This document shows positions 9,738 to 20,107 of a stretch of DNA of 61,773 nucleotides, in pieces. A program made the position numbers and the translations under genes. Every line of letters begins with the position of its first letter. The first letter of the stretch is position 1. The DNA is taken from contig CAZZBF010000007.1 in NCBI GenBank assembly GCA_964652795.1, positions 1 to 61,773 on the forward strand, written 5' to 3'. The notes beneath the pieces are model-generated. The model ran no database searches. It was not told the DNA's origin and was given only the letters and a program-made list of their open reading frames with translations. The DNA is from an uncultured Syntrophales bacterium. GTDB taxonomy: Bacteria; Desulfobacterota; Syntrophia; Syntrophales; JADFWA01.

Positions 9738-10022
9738 AAGTTTAGCAACATGACATAACATTTTGATATTAAATAGATAATTAACCATTTTTATTTTTTT
9801 CGATTTGAAAATTTACACGATTGATCCTGAGTTATAAGCTTCCCCCTAATTTTAGAGGAGGCACACTCATGAATTCAGGAAAAACCGTATTTGCTCAGAT
9901 ACTTCAGCACTTATTATGCTACGAGTTCAATAAATTTGTTACAAAATACAATGGCAATTACAAAATCAGAAAATTTCCCTGTTACGATCAGTTTCTGTGT
10001 CTGGCTTTTGCCCAGTTAACGT
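9721..10022 (+). mobile_element. IS4-family (DUF4372-type) remnant: left end plus first ~50 codons (ATG 9869)
   Basis: MNSGKTVFAQIL...DQFLCLAFAQLT is a typical DUF4372 N-terminus, with a GGAGG RBS. The putative left end is CACTACTGTCCGGTTAA. Confidence 0.7.
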
Positions 10023-10480
10023 GAGACCTTTGCACAACTCGTCAAGTGTCATCCTTTGATCACCAATTTGTCGCCGAAAAAGTGGTTATTGAGAGCTAAG
10101 TCCCTGATTATACTTGACATTTAATAAATATTGTGCCATATTTCCGTTAAATTCATCACTCTGGAAGACATATGGGCTTCAAGAAAATGAAAACCAATCT
10201 AACCTTTACCGATCTCTCTCTTTTTGCTTCCATCGAAAAAAACCGGGCCATAAAAAGAATGGAACAAATCAACACTATCGTGAATTGGTCCAGAATCGAT
10301 AATTTGCTCATGAAAAACTATCCCGTCGGCAGGAGTGCCGAGGACAATGAAGCCTATCCGCCACTGATACTTATGAAATGTCTCCTGCTTCAATAATGGT
10401 TTAAGATCGATTCCGACCCCGAATTGGAAACTCAGATTAATGACAGAATCTCCTTCAAGAAGTTTCTGGGTCTTGCTTTC
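10023..10480 (+). mobile_element. IS5-family remnant (IS1106-like end; DUF772 transposase N-terminus with TAA at 10394-10396)
   Basis: Begins GAGACCTTTGCAC. Translation AYPPLILMKCLLLQ*WF...SDPELETQINDRISFKKFLGL, then homology is lost. Confidence 0.75.
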
Positions 10481-10600
10481 GCAGATTGTGCATACTTTTC
10501 TTCCCATGTGGCTGAATCTATGAGAGTGAGATTATTTCTATATGAAATATTTATTTATAAAAGATTTCTTTTGTAAGGAGTTGTAATAAAGGTTAATAAA

Positions 10601-11707
10601 TTGATTTTATGCAGTAACCCGATAGCCCAGTATCGTTCATATAAAAGTGAAATAGATTCCGTAATTTCCAGAGTACTCGATAGCGGACGGTATATCTTGG
10701 GAAATGAGGTTCAGTTGTTTGAAGAGGAGTTTGCGAACTATATCGGTGTGGCACATGGAATCGGGGTAGGTAGTGGGACAGAGGCTATCCATTTAGCTCT
10801 TGCTTCCTGCGGGATAGGGCCGGGTGATGAAGTAATAACGGTTTCTCATACTGCGGTGGCAACTGTGGCAGCAATTGAACTGGCTGGCGCAATCCCTGTA
10901 CTGGTGGATATTGATCCCAACTTTTACACAATAGATCCGAAGAAAATAGAATCAGCTATTACCTCGCACACAAAGGCAATCATTCCTGTCCATATTTACG
11001 GACACCCTGCAGATATGGATCCCATAGTAGAAATCGCAGGAAAATATAACTTAAAGGTAATAGAGGATTGTGCTCAGGCGCATGGAGCGACGTATCAGGG
11101 GAAGCGTGTGGGTTCAATAGGCGATATCGGGTGTTTTAGTTTTTATCCGACCAAAAACCTCGGGGCCTTGGGTGATGGGGGAATGGTTGTAACCAACAAT
11201 GAAAAACTTGCAGAAAAAGCCAAGCTGCTGCGGGAATATGGTTGGGCTGAGCGTTATGTGAGTCATTTTGCCGGATGGAATACTCGCTTGGATGAAATAC
11301 AGGCAGCCATATTACGCGTCAAGCTAAAGCATTTGGATGAAGATAATTCGAAGAGGAGGCGTATTACAGAATTGTACAGTAAAGAATTGGAGGCGTGCGA
11401 TATAATTCTACCGAAGCAAAGGAAAGATTCTGCACATGTATATCATTTATATGTAATCCGTTCAGAAAAACGCGATATGTTGCTGACTTTTTTGAAAGGA
11501 AAGGGCATTGGCGCTCTGATACATTATAACGTGCCTGTACACCTTCAACCGGCATACAGAAGTTTACATGGTTGTGATAAATTGCCGGAAACGGAAAAGA
11601 TTACTAAGGAAATAATTTCATTGCCCATTTATCCTGAGTTAAATGAATCGGATATTCAGACAACAATTAAAACTATAAGAGATTTTGCAGGAGCAGCAAA
11701 TGATTGA
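10601..11707 (+). CDS. DegT/DnrJ/EryC1/StrS PLP-dependent sugar aminotransferase
   Basis: [24 protein letters not shown] (catalytic Lys), [10 protein letters not shown]; TTG start. Confidence 0.95.
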   Translation: MILCSNPIAQYRSYKSEIDSVISRVLDSGRYILGNEVQLFEEEFANYIGVAHGIGVGSGTEAIHLALASCGIGPGDEVITVSHTAVATVAAIELAGAIPVLVDIDPNFYTIDPKKIESAITSHTKAIIPVHIYGHPADMDPIVEIAGKYNLKVIEDCAQAHGATYQGKRVGSIGDIGCFSFYPTKNLGALGDGGMVVTNNEKLAEKAKLLREYGWAERYVSHFAGWNTRLDEIQAAILRVKLKHLDEDNSKRRRITELYSKELEACDIILPKQRKDSAHVYHLYVIRSEKRDMLLTFLKGKGIGALIHYNVPVHLQPAYRSLHGCDKLPETEKITKEIISLPIYPELNESDIQTTIKTIRDFAGAAND

Positions 11708-12143
11708 TGGTATTGTTATAAAAGCCTTGAAAACCCACGAAGATGACCGTGGCTTTTTTCGAGAAATATTTCGCTTCTCAGAAGAATTCAATGATGCTTT
11801 TGTTGGCCAGTTGAGTCATTCCCTTGTGAAAGAAGGCGTTATCAAGGGATGGCATGGGCACAAAGTACAATCACAATGGAACTATGTGGTAACGGGTCTG
11901 ATAAAAGTTGCTCTATATGATGATCGAGCCAAATCTCCGACCAACAAAAAAAAGATGGAGTGTTTTGTTGGAGACGACCATGAGCCTCGCGCATACTTTT
12001 TCCCTCCGGGCGTTCTGCACGGCTATAAGTGCCTGAAAGACCCTATGCATATAATTTATGTCACATCAGGCGTATATGATTTATCTGATGAGGTTAGAAT
12101 AGCTCTTGATGATCCTGAAATAGGATTTAACTGGAAGAAATGA
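11700..12143 (+). CDS. RmlC-like cupin (dTDP-4-dehydrorhamnose 3,5-epimerase family)
   Basis: [27 protein letters not shown]; ATG at 11700 overlaps the upstream gene end. Confidence 0.8.
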   Translation: MIDGIVIKALKTHEDDRGFFREIFRFSEEFNDAFVGQLSHSLVKEGVIKGWHGHKVQSQWNYVVTGLIKVALYDDRAKSPTNKKKMECFVGDDHEPRAYFFPPGVLHGYKCLKDPMHIIYVTSGVYDLSDEVRIALDDPEIGFNWKK

Positions 12144-13135
12144 ATAAAGATATTTTAACATTTTATAATAATAAAAGAATTCTGATTACTGGCGGTCGGG
12201 GATATCTTGGCTCTATTTTGACCAATATGTTGAGTCATGTCGGCTGTAAAATCATCCGATTAGGGCGATCAGAAGTTGACCAAAGCACAAAAGGATTTAA
12301 AGTGGATTTGACTGATATAAAAGGTGACATACGCGACAAAAAGACTTGGGTTGATAATCTTGAACACATTGATTATGTTTTCCATTTTGCCGCACAAACA
12401 AGTGTCTACAAAGCAGAGCAGGATGCTTTTGAGGATTTCCGATCAAATGTCTTGCCAATGCTTCATTTGCTTGAGGTGTGCAAAAAAAATCAATGGCAGC
12501 CAAGTGTATTGTTTGCGGGGACAGTGACAGAAGCAGGCATTCCTACCGCAATTCCTGTGGATGAGTCATGTCCAGATCAACCTGTAACCGTATATGATCT
12601 ACACAAACTCATGGCGGAGAAGTATCTGCGATATTATACGAATCAAGAGTTTGTGCGTGGTGTAGTTTTACGGCTGGCTAACGTTTATGGACCGGGGGCA
12701 AAGAGCAGCAGTGCTGACCGGGGAATATTAAATATGATGATGCGCAAAGCTCTGGCGGGTGAACCATTGACGGTTTATGGAAAAGGTGATTATCTGCGGG
12801 ATTATATTTATGTTGAGGATGTGATCTCCGCATTTTTGAGTGCAGCTATATACATAAGGCAGTTAAATGGAAAACATTTCATCCTTGGAAGCGGAAAAGG
12901 CCATACAATTGCTCAGGCAATTAATCTTGTTGCAGACCGGGTTGCCTTAAAGACGGGAAAACGTGTTCCTGTGAAACACGTTGATCCTCCTTCAGCTCAA
13001 TCTTCGATTGAAGCGCGTAATTTTGTTGCTGATACACAGCAGTTTTTCCTGGCAACAGGTTGGAGAGCCCACTATTCATTAACAAACGGAATAGATCAAA
13101 CCTTAGAAATTCTATCCAAACAGGTCTATGCCTGA
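12140..13135 (+). CDS. NAD-dependent epimerase/dehydratase (extended SDR)
   Basis: TGGRGYLG, YDLHK (YxxxK), RLANVYGPG, RDYIYVED. Confidence 0.9.
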   Translation: MNKDILTFYNNKRILITGGRGYLGSILTNMLSHVGCKIIRLGRSEVDQSTKGFKVDLTDIKGDIRDKKTWVDNLEHIDYVFHFAAQTSVYKAEQDAFEDFRSNVLPMLHLLEVCKKNQWQPSVLFAGTVTEAGIPTAIPVDESCPDQPVTVYDLHKLMAEKYLRYYTNQEFVRGVVLRLANVYGPGAKSSSADRGILNMMMRKALAGEPLTVYGKGDYLRDYIYVEDVISAFLSAAIYIRQLNGKHFILGSGKGHTIAQAINLVADRVALKTGKRVPVKHVDPPSAQSSIEARNFVADTQQFFLATGWRAHYSLTNGIDQTLEILSKQVYA

Positions 13136-13168
13136 TATTTCAATGTTTATAGCTGGTTGAGAAGGTGA

Positions 13169-13810
13169 ATGATGAATGAGGAGAATATCAACACAGATAT
13201 TATTAAATTGAATATAGGTTGCGGCGGACGTCCTTTACCGGAGTATATCAATATAGATTCTGATGATCTGCAAACATTGAAGCGCCGTTATCCACAACAA
13301 CATTTTCCCGAGGATATTGAGATTTATAACTATGATATTTTCAATCTTCCTTTCCCTGATGGTAGTGTTTCCGAAGTTAAAGCGGCTTCCTTAATTGAGC
13401 ATCTACCTTTTATCGAAGAGCCCAAGTTTTTTTATGAAGTGAAACGGGTATTACGTCCAGGAGGAATTTTCCAGTTTTCAACGACGGATTTTGAAGAAAT
13501 AGTAAAATTATGGCTGGCCGCTGAAGATGATTGGCAGGATTTTTATCGCAACGATGACGAGGCTATTGCGCAGCAGCATTGGTTTGGTCAATATTCATAC
13601 TCCACTGCTAACCGATGGGGATACCTGTGCGCTATGATTTTTGGTAGTCAAAATGGGGAAGGTCAGTTCCATAAAAATTGCTATACTGTTTCTAAAATTA
13701 GAGGCATATTGAAGCATTTGGGATTTCAGGAGTTAGAAATATCATACTATCAGTGGAAGGGAAACCGTGATCCCATGATTGATGTGCGGGCAATGAAACC
13801 TATCAAATAA
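13169..13810 (+). CDS. Class I SAM-dependent methyltransferase-like protein
   Basis: KLNIGCGG, LPFPDGSV, IEHL and RVLRPGG motifs. Confidence 0.75.
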   Translation: MMNEENINTDIIKLNIGCGGRPLPEYINIDSDDLQTLKRRYPQQHFPEDIEIYNYDIFNLPFPDGSVSEVKAASLIEHLPFIEEPKFFYEVKRVLRPGGIFQFSTTDFEEIVKLWLAAEDDWQDFYRNDDEAIAQQHWFGQYSYSTANRWGYLCAMIFGSQNGEGQFHKNCYTVSKIRGILKHLGFQELEISYYQWKGNRDPMIDVRAMKPIK

Positions 13811-13912
13811 ATTAGTGTCAAATTGATCAAAGATATAAAGACAAGTACACTTTCCATTGATAATTTTTTACTAAGGATGTCTTCCTGTTACTTCTATATA
13901 TGTTGAAATGGA

Positions 13913-14926
13913 GTGAAATTTATGGATGTAAATTACAAGCTACCGGACTTTACCGGTCAAAAGATACTGATCACCGGCGGGCTGGGATTTATAGGAAGCA
14001 ATCTTGCCCATAAATGTCTTGAACTGGGGGCCAAAGTAACTGTTTTCGATTGTCTGGATCCGAGATCAGGGGGCAATCTATATAATATTAATGACATACG
14101 GGATTATATTGAAATATGTTTTCATGATATTTTAAACTTTGATCAAATCAGTGAACATATTGTTGACAAAGATATCATCTTTAACTGCGCGGCATCCACT
14201 TCGCATTCCTTCTCAATGCGGGAACCGTGGCTTGACCAGGATGTAAACAGTAAAGGAATGATCAATTTATTGGAAGCTATTCGTCGTTTCAATCCAGATA
14301 TTAAGTTCGTGCATATCGGCACATCAACTCAATTAGGAAAATTGCACTATCAGCCAGCGGATGAATTCCATCCGGAGTTTCCAACTGACATATATTCAGC
14401 TAACAAAAGCGTTTCGGAAAAATATGCTTTGATATACGCAACCGCATACAACTTGAATCTTTGTGTAATCAGGCTTGCTAATGTGTTTGGGCCTCGTGCA
14501 AGTATTCACAGCCCAGAATTCACTTTCAATAATTATTTTATTGGCCTTGCGTTGCAAAATAAAACGATCACAGTTTTTGGTGACGGAAAACAATTAAGAA
14601 ATGTTTTATTTGTTGATGATGCTGTAAACGCTCTCATCTTAGCCTCACAAAGTAATAAAATGAAAGGGGAAACCTTTTTCGCGGTTAGTGATAACCATTA
14701 CAGTGTTATCCAGATAGCTGAAAAAACTGTAGAATATATCGGGACAGGCAATGTCAACCATGTTGACTGGCCGGCAGAAAAAAAAGCTATAGATATAGGT
14801 GATGCAGTAATAACCAATAAGAAAATAAAGGGATTTATTAATTGGCTTCCTCAGTGTGATTTGGAGTCAGGTCTTGTTAAGACTAAGGACTATTACGCAG
14901 CTTGTCTGGATAAATATTTAAAGTGA
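13913..14926 (+). CDS. NAD-dependent epimerase/dehydratase (extended SDR)
   Basis: TGGLGFIG, YSANK, RLANVFGP, GDGKQLRN. Confidence 0.9.
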   Translation: MKFMDVNYKLPDFTGQKILITGGLGFIGSNLAHKCLELGAKVTVFDCLDPRSGGNLYNINDIRDYIEICFHDILNFDQISEHIVDKDIIFNCAASTSHSFSMREPWLDQDVNSKGMINLLEAIRRFNPDIKFVHIGTSTQLGKLHYQPADEFHPEFPTDIYSANKSVSEKYALIYATAYNLNLCVIRLANVFGPRASIHSPEFTFNNYFIGLALQNKTITVFGDGKQLRNVLFVDDAVNALILASQSNKMKGETFFAVSDNHYSVIQIAEKTVEYIGTGNVNHVDWPAEKKAIDIGDAVITNKKIKGFINWLPQCDLESGLVKTKDYYAACLDKYLK

Positions 14927-14940
14927 TAAAAGGTGTTAAA

Positions 14941-15915
14941 ATGAAAATCGTTATTACGGGTGCCCTTGGGCACATTGGTTCAAAAATAATCCACGAAATT
15001 CCGATCTCTGTTCCCGATGCTGAGATTGTTATGATAGACAATCTCATGAGCCAGCGTTATTGTTCCCTTTTTAAATTGCCCCAAGAAACAAACTATCACT
15101 TTATCGAGGCGGATGTCACAGAAACAGATTTACATCCTTTGATTGAAGGTTCAGATGTCGTAATTCATCTGGCAGCAATAACGGATGCGGCAGGTAGTTT
15201 TAAAAATAAAGAGCATCTCGAGCATGTCAATTATAATGGAACTGTCAAGGTTGCCAAGGCCTGCATGGATGAAGGATGCCCAATGATACATATTTCGTCG
15301 ACAAGTGTCTATGGGACTCAAAAAGAAATCGTCGATGAAGATTGTTCCATCGAAGAACTGCAACCCCAAAGTCCCTATGCTGAAACGAAATTAAAAGAGG
15401 AAAAATTCCTTCAAGATTCAGGTGCTTCAGGAAAATTAAGATTTACAATTTGTCGTTTTGGAACGATAACGGGTGTTTCCCCCGGAATGCGATTTCATAC
15501 TGCAGTTAACAAGTTTTGCTGGCAAGCAGTCATGGGACAAACCCTGACCGTCTGGCGGACCGCCTTACATCAGAAACGGCCGTATCTGGCGTTAAGTGAT
15601 GCGGTGGCCGCTCTTGAATTTATCATTAAAAATGACCTGTTTGACCGGAAGATATATAATGTGCTCACCGAAAATCTGACCGTTGAATCCATTATCAAAA
15701 ATATCGAGGAGCACATACCAAAACTGCTTGTAAAGTATGTTGACTCTGAGATTATGAATCAACTCTCCTACGAAGTTTCTAGTCGACGTATTAAAGAACG
15801 GGGATTTGAGTTTAAAGGAAATATTCGGGGAAACATCGCTGAAACAATCGCACTGCTCAGGCAAGCTGGAGGACACCTTGACAAACAAAAAAATGTTCAC
15901 CCGCTTAGAATTTGA
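14941..15915 (+). CDS. NAD-dependent epimerase/reductase (extended SDR)
   Basis: TGALGHIG, HLAAITD, STSVYG, SPYAETK. Confidence 0.9.
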   Translation: MKIVITGALGHIGSKIIHEIPISVPDAEIVMIDNLMSQRYCSLFKLPQETNYHFIEADVTETDLHPLIEGSDVVIHLAAITDAAGSFKNKEHLEHVNYNGTVKVAKACMDEGCPMIHISSTSVYGTQKEIVDEDCSIEELQPQSPYAETKLKEEKFLQDSGASGKLRFTICRFGTITGVSPGMRFHTAVNKFCWQAVMGQTLTVWRTALHQKRPYLALSDAVAALEFIIKNDLFDRKIYNVLTENLTVESIIKNIEEHIPKLLVKYVDSEIMNQLSYEVSSRRIKERGFEFKGNIRGNIAETIALLRQAGGHLDKQKNVHPLRI

Positions 15916-16638
15916 AAAATTGCTTCAGGAATCTGCCAAGGAGATGGCGGTGGATCAACAACTTCGCCAGGATGCTCTCTAGGTTTTAGTGCAGGTCGAC
16001 CATTATAGATGAATACATCAAACCAACTGGTTTGGCAAACCAATCCTCAATCTTCCTCAAGACCTTTTCGCACTTCAGGAAATCATTTATAAGACCAGGC
16101 CAAAATATATCATCGAAGTGGACGTTGCTTGGGGAGGATCGTTGCTTTTTTATTCAACCCTTATGGAAGTTCTCGGCGGAGAACGAATTATTGGAGTGGA
16201 TACTTACATTCCCGATGATCTGAGGAAGCACCTCGCTTCACATGGGAAACTCTCTGAAAAGCTGACGTTCATCAATGGTTCATCCATTGAACAAGATACT
16301 CTAAGTCAGATCACATTATAGGGGATTGTCGTGAAGTCATGATTTTTCTGGATTCTCATCATACTCATGATCATGTACTAAAAGAATTACGATTATATTC
16401 CAAGCTAATCGGTAAAGGGCATTATCTTATTTGTGGTGATACTGTTGTAGCGGATATGCCGGAACAAGAACATCGTGATCGACCCCGAGGGCCTGAAAAC
16501 AATCCGAAAACAGCACTTGATCAATTTCTCAAGGAAAATGATAGGTTCGAAGTAGATAAGATTATTGAGAATAAATTTTTGCCTACATGCAATCCCTGTG
16601 GATATTTATTATGTATTAGCGATATTGACCATTCATGA
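15878..16638 (+). pseudogene. CmcI-like (cephalosporin hydroxylase family) methyltransferase pseudogene
   Basis: GGAGG then TTG 15878. In-frame TAG 15980-15982 and TGA 16010-16012 and a frameshift near 16315. Motifs LPQDLFALQEII, AWGGSL, LDSHHTHDHVLKEL, GDTVV. Confidence 0.85.
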
Positions 16639-16696
16639 TAAGTTTCCTGTCGGGTATGCTATACAGGAAAAATCAAAGGTTGTCGAATGAGGTCAT

Positions 16697-17767
16697 ATGG
16701 CAAGCACTGAAAAATTACCTCTTGTAAGCATTGGTCTTCCCGTTTATAACGGCGGTAAGGTTATTAAAAGGGCTGTGGATTCCCTTTTAGCTCAAGATTA
16801 TCCTAATTTTGAACTTATCATCTCTGATGATGCTTCAAGTGATGAGACTCCTGAAATTTGCAGAGAATATGCTCAGAGGGACAAACGTGTCGTATTCTAT
16901 AAGGCAGACTGCAACCGGGGTGCTGTATGGAATTATAATCGCGTTTGTGAACTTGCTAAGGGCAAGTATTTTATGTGGATTGACCAGGATGATCTACGTG
17001 CACCCCAGTTTATTTCAAAATGCGTGGAATGCTTGGAGGATAATGAAAATGCTGTCCTCTGTCACACTCACACAGCCACCTTTCTTGGCGAACCAGATAA
17101 CATCACGGTACTTATTGTTAATGACACAATGGAGGGACTTCATAATCCAGAGGAGCGGTTTGTCGAGGCTTTAAAAACGCTTCCCGCTACAGCGCTCGAA
17201 GGGGTTATAAGAACCGATATACTCCGGACAAAGACGAACCTCTTTGAGAATTACATAAATTCTGACATCATCTTGACACATGAACTTACACTTTACGGAG
17301 AATTCCTACAGGTTCCAGAGGTGCTTTCTTGGAGGTCCGGGCGGTATATGCGTCCATCGCCTCAAGAAGATTACGCGAATCTTACAAGGGAAAAGACCAT
17401 GCCGCGGACTCACTTCCCTTTTATAGTGGAATTGCGGATGCATGCTCGTTCCATCCAGAGGTCACCTTTGCCACTTTCTTCAAAGGTCTTCCTTTGGAAT
17501 GCACTTCTTTATCATACATTAAGAATAGTATTTGTAAAGTCCATGTTCCGATCAGTGTTGACATTAATGGGATCACGTTGTCCAATAGGAATCATTCGAT
17601 ATGCTGCGCGAATTATAGACAATCCTAACATCCGACCAGTGAAATCCATCGAAGAGTTGCCTCCCCAGCTCCAGCCCGCTTGGCTTCTCCTGAATCATAG
17701 AAACCTTGAAAAAGCAGAGCGGCTCCAGAAAGAGATATTATTTAAGTTGCTTAGGAGGGGAAGATGA
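16697..17767 (+). CDS. GT2 glycosyltransferase
   Basis: VSIGLPVYNG, ISDDASSDET, YFMWIDQDD. Confidence 0.9.
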   Translation: MASTEKLPLVSIGLPVYNGGKVIKRAVDSLLAQDYPNFELIISDDASSDETPEICREYAQRDKRVVFYKADCNRGAVWNYNRVCELAKGKYFMWIDQDDLRAPQFISKCVECLEDNENAVLCHTHTATFLGEPDNITVLIVNDTMEGLHNPEERFVEALKTLPATALEGVIRTDILRTKTNLFENYINSDIILTHELTLYGEFLQVPEVLSWRSGRYMRPSPQEDYANLTREKTMPRTHFPFIVELRMHARSIQRSPLPLSSKVFLWNALLYHTLRIVFVKSMFRSVLTLMGSRCPIGIIRYAARIIDNPNIRPVKSIEELPPQLQPAWLLLNHRNLEKAERLQKEILFKLLRRGR

Positions 17768-17815
17768 TAAAAGTAAGGCTTAATGTTACCTGTGAAAAAT
17801 GATACCAAGGAGTAT

Positions 17816-19036
17816 ATGATGGCACAGTGTAGGATTTGCGGTAACGTTTACTCTGAATTCATTGACTTCGGTATGATGCCTATTGCTAATGGCTTCTTGG
17901 TGCCGGAGATGTTCAACAAAGAGTTTTTTTACCCCCTCAAGGTTGGTTTCTGCGACAAATGTACAATGGTTCAGCTCATTGAGCAACCAGATAGAGACAT
18001 GATGTTTCATGATAATTACGCTTATTTCTCTTCGACTTCAGCACGAATGATGACCCACTTTCGGTCTTTTGCAGAAAGTGTCATGGGTATGCTTGGTATG
18101 GAAGACCCCTTCGTAGTAGAGCTTGGGAGCAACGATGGAATTATGTTACAGAATTTCTCTGCCGCTGGTATCCGACATCTCGGCGTCGAACCTTCTGCAA
18201 ATGTGGCACAATCGGCTAGGGAAAAGGGTATCGAGACTACCTGCTGCTTTTTCGACCAAGAACTTGCCGAAAAAATCCTCAAGGAGAGAGGGTCGGCGAA
18301 CGCTATCATAGCAGCTAATCTCATGTGTCATGTCCCCTATCTCCACTCCATAGTAGAAGGCGTCCGGCGGCTACTCAGTCCTGGTGGAGTCATGATATTT
18401 GAAGATCCTTATCTTGGGGACATTATTGATAAGACCTCTTACGATCAGATCTACGATGAACATGTCTTTTTCTTTTCTGTTTCGTCCATCCAATACCTTT
18501 TTAACATGCACGGTATGGAGATCATCGATGTCATTCCACAAGATGTTCACGGAGGCTCCATGCGCTACGTTATTTCCCATAAAGGGAATCGGGAGGTTTC
18601 CCCCCGGGTGGCGATTTTGATAAAAAAAGAACAATCGCGGGGCCTGAACAAAAGGGAAAGCTTCGAGTGTTTCCGTAGGAAGGTTGAGCTGTCGCGAGAA
18701 AAGCTCCTTGCCCTCTTGCATAAGGTTCGTAAAGAGGGAAAGCGAGTTGTGGGTTACGGTGCCACATCAAAAAGCACCACCGTCAACGTGTACTGTGGTA
18801 TTACGCCGGATTTAGTGGAGTTTATCAGCGATACGACGCCAATAAAGCAGAGTAAATACAGCCCGGGAGCCCATATTCCGGTACGGCCTTATGGGGATTT
18901 TAAGGCACGTTATCCTGACTATGCACTCCTTTTCGCATGGAACCACGCAAGCGAAATCATGGCCAAAGAGAGACTCTTCAGGAAAGCTGGAGGCAAGTGG
19001 ATCGTCTATGTTCCCGAGGTCAAGGTTTTAGAATGA
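17816..19036 (+). CDS. NDP-hexose C-methyltransferase with N-terminal Zn-binding domain
   Basis: CRIC...CDKC Zn motif, ELGSNDG, YDEHVFFFS, GYGATSKS, SPGAHIPV; AAGGAG RBS before ATG 17816. Confidence 0.9.
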   Translation: MMAQCRICGNVYSEFIDFGMMPIANGFLVPEMFNKEFFYPLKVGFCDKCTMVQLIEQPDRDMMFHDNYAYFSSTSARMMTHFRSFAESVMGMLGMEDPFVVELGSNDGIMLQNFSAAGIRHLGVEPSANVAQSAREKGIETTCCFFDQELAEKILKERGSANAIIAANLMCHVPYLHSIVEGVRRLLSPGGVMIFEDPYLGDIIDKTSYDQIYDEHVFFFSVSSIQYLFNMHGMEIIDVIPQDVHGGSMRYVISHKGNREVSPRVAILIKKEQSRGLNKRESFECFRRKVELSREKLLALLHKVRKEGKRVVGYGATSKSTTVNVYCGITPDLVEFISDTTPIKQSKYSPGAHIPVRPYGDFKARYPDYALLFAWNHASEIMAKERLFRKAGGKWIVYVPEVKVLE

Positions 19037-19128
19037 TTCCTTTTGCAAATCCGAGGGCACAGTACTCGGCACGACGGGCAGAGATTGATTGTGCCCGACA
19101 ACGAGTTTTAAAGGGTTGTTTATACATT
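19033..19128 (+). pseudogene. N-terminal stub of a second DegT-family aminotransferase
   Basis: MIPFANPRAQYSARRAEIDCARQRVLKGCLYI is identical at 15 of 32 positions to the N-terminus of the intact DegT at 10601. ATGA overlap with the C-methyltransferase stop. Confidence 0.7.
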
Positions 19129-19193
19129 ACAAATTATATACTGGAGTTTCTCAGGAGAAGGAATAGTAACACAATACACTTGCAGAGGGTAGA

Positions 19194-20078
19194 ATGAATG
19201 AAGTTAGTAAAACACTAAGGCCGAAGGATACATCTTTTGAGTACGGAGTTGATTATCAAATAACTCAGGCAAATAAATATAGAAACAGAAATGACAATCA
19301 TTGGAAAATCAGAATAGAATTAGCTCGACATCTTGTTGAGAAATATGTGCTTCCAAAATATCAAAGAGAATCTAACAAGGATATTGTTGTTGTAGATGTT
19401 GGTTGCTCAATTGGCACATTTGCAATTGAGTTCGCAAAACTTGGATATAATAGTTACGGTATTGATTTCGATAGCTCAGCTATAGATATTGCAAAACAAT
19501 TAGCCACTGAAGAAAATGTAACACCCGAATTTGTGTGTGGCGATGTTTCAGACTGGAGCAAATGCTTTCCTCCTATTGACACTGCGATTTGTTTCGACAT
19601 ATTTGAACATTTGCACGATGATGAATTAGGCTCGTTTCTTTCATCTATCCGGAAAAGTTTTTCTGACAAAGGAACCCTTATTTTTCATACATTCCCCACA
19701 CAATATGATCACATCTTTTATGGAAGATACGATATCACTTATCCCCTTATCCCCTTTAAAAATATTTCTCAATCCAGATTCAATAAAATAGTAAAAGCGT
19801 ATTCTTGCCTTTTTGATGTTTTTTTCTTAATCATAACAGGAAAAACTTATAAAGAGAAAATTAAATATTCAGGACATTGTAATCCCACAACCAGTGAAAG
19901 GCTCACAGATATCCTGAACAGAGCTGGTTATGAAGTAGTTATTATGGAGTCATCTAATCTTTATAAGGAGCTATCTAATTTTTATAATCTCCGATCATCA
20001 GTTCAGAAACGATTTGATAAACAACCTATCACATTTAGAAATTTATATGGAATAGCTATACCAAAACCAAAAATATAG
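19194..20078 (+). CDS. Class I SAM-dependent methyltransferase
   Basis: VVDVGCSIG, YGID, DIFEHL. Confidence 0.85.
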   Translation: MNEVSKTLRPKDTSFEYGVDYQITQANKYRNRNDNHWKIRIELARHLVEKYVLPKYQRESNKDIVVVDVGCSIGTFAIEFAKLGYNSYGIDFDSSAIDIAKQLATEENVTPEFVCGDVSDWSKCFPPIDTAICFDIFEHLHDDELGSFLSSIRKSFSDKGTLIFHTFPTQYDHIFYGRYDITYPLIPFKNISQSRFNKIVKAYSCLFDVFFLIITGKTYKEKIKYSGHCNPTTSERLTDILNRAGYEVVIMESSNLYKELSNFYNLRSSVQKRFDKQPITFRNLYGIAIPKPKI

Positions 20079-20107
20079 GGAAAGGTTGCTTATCATACTT
20101 CGAAAAC

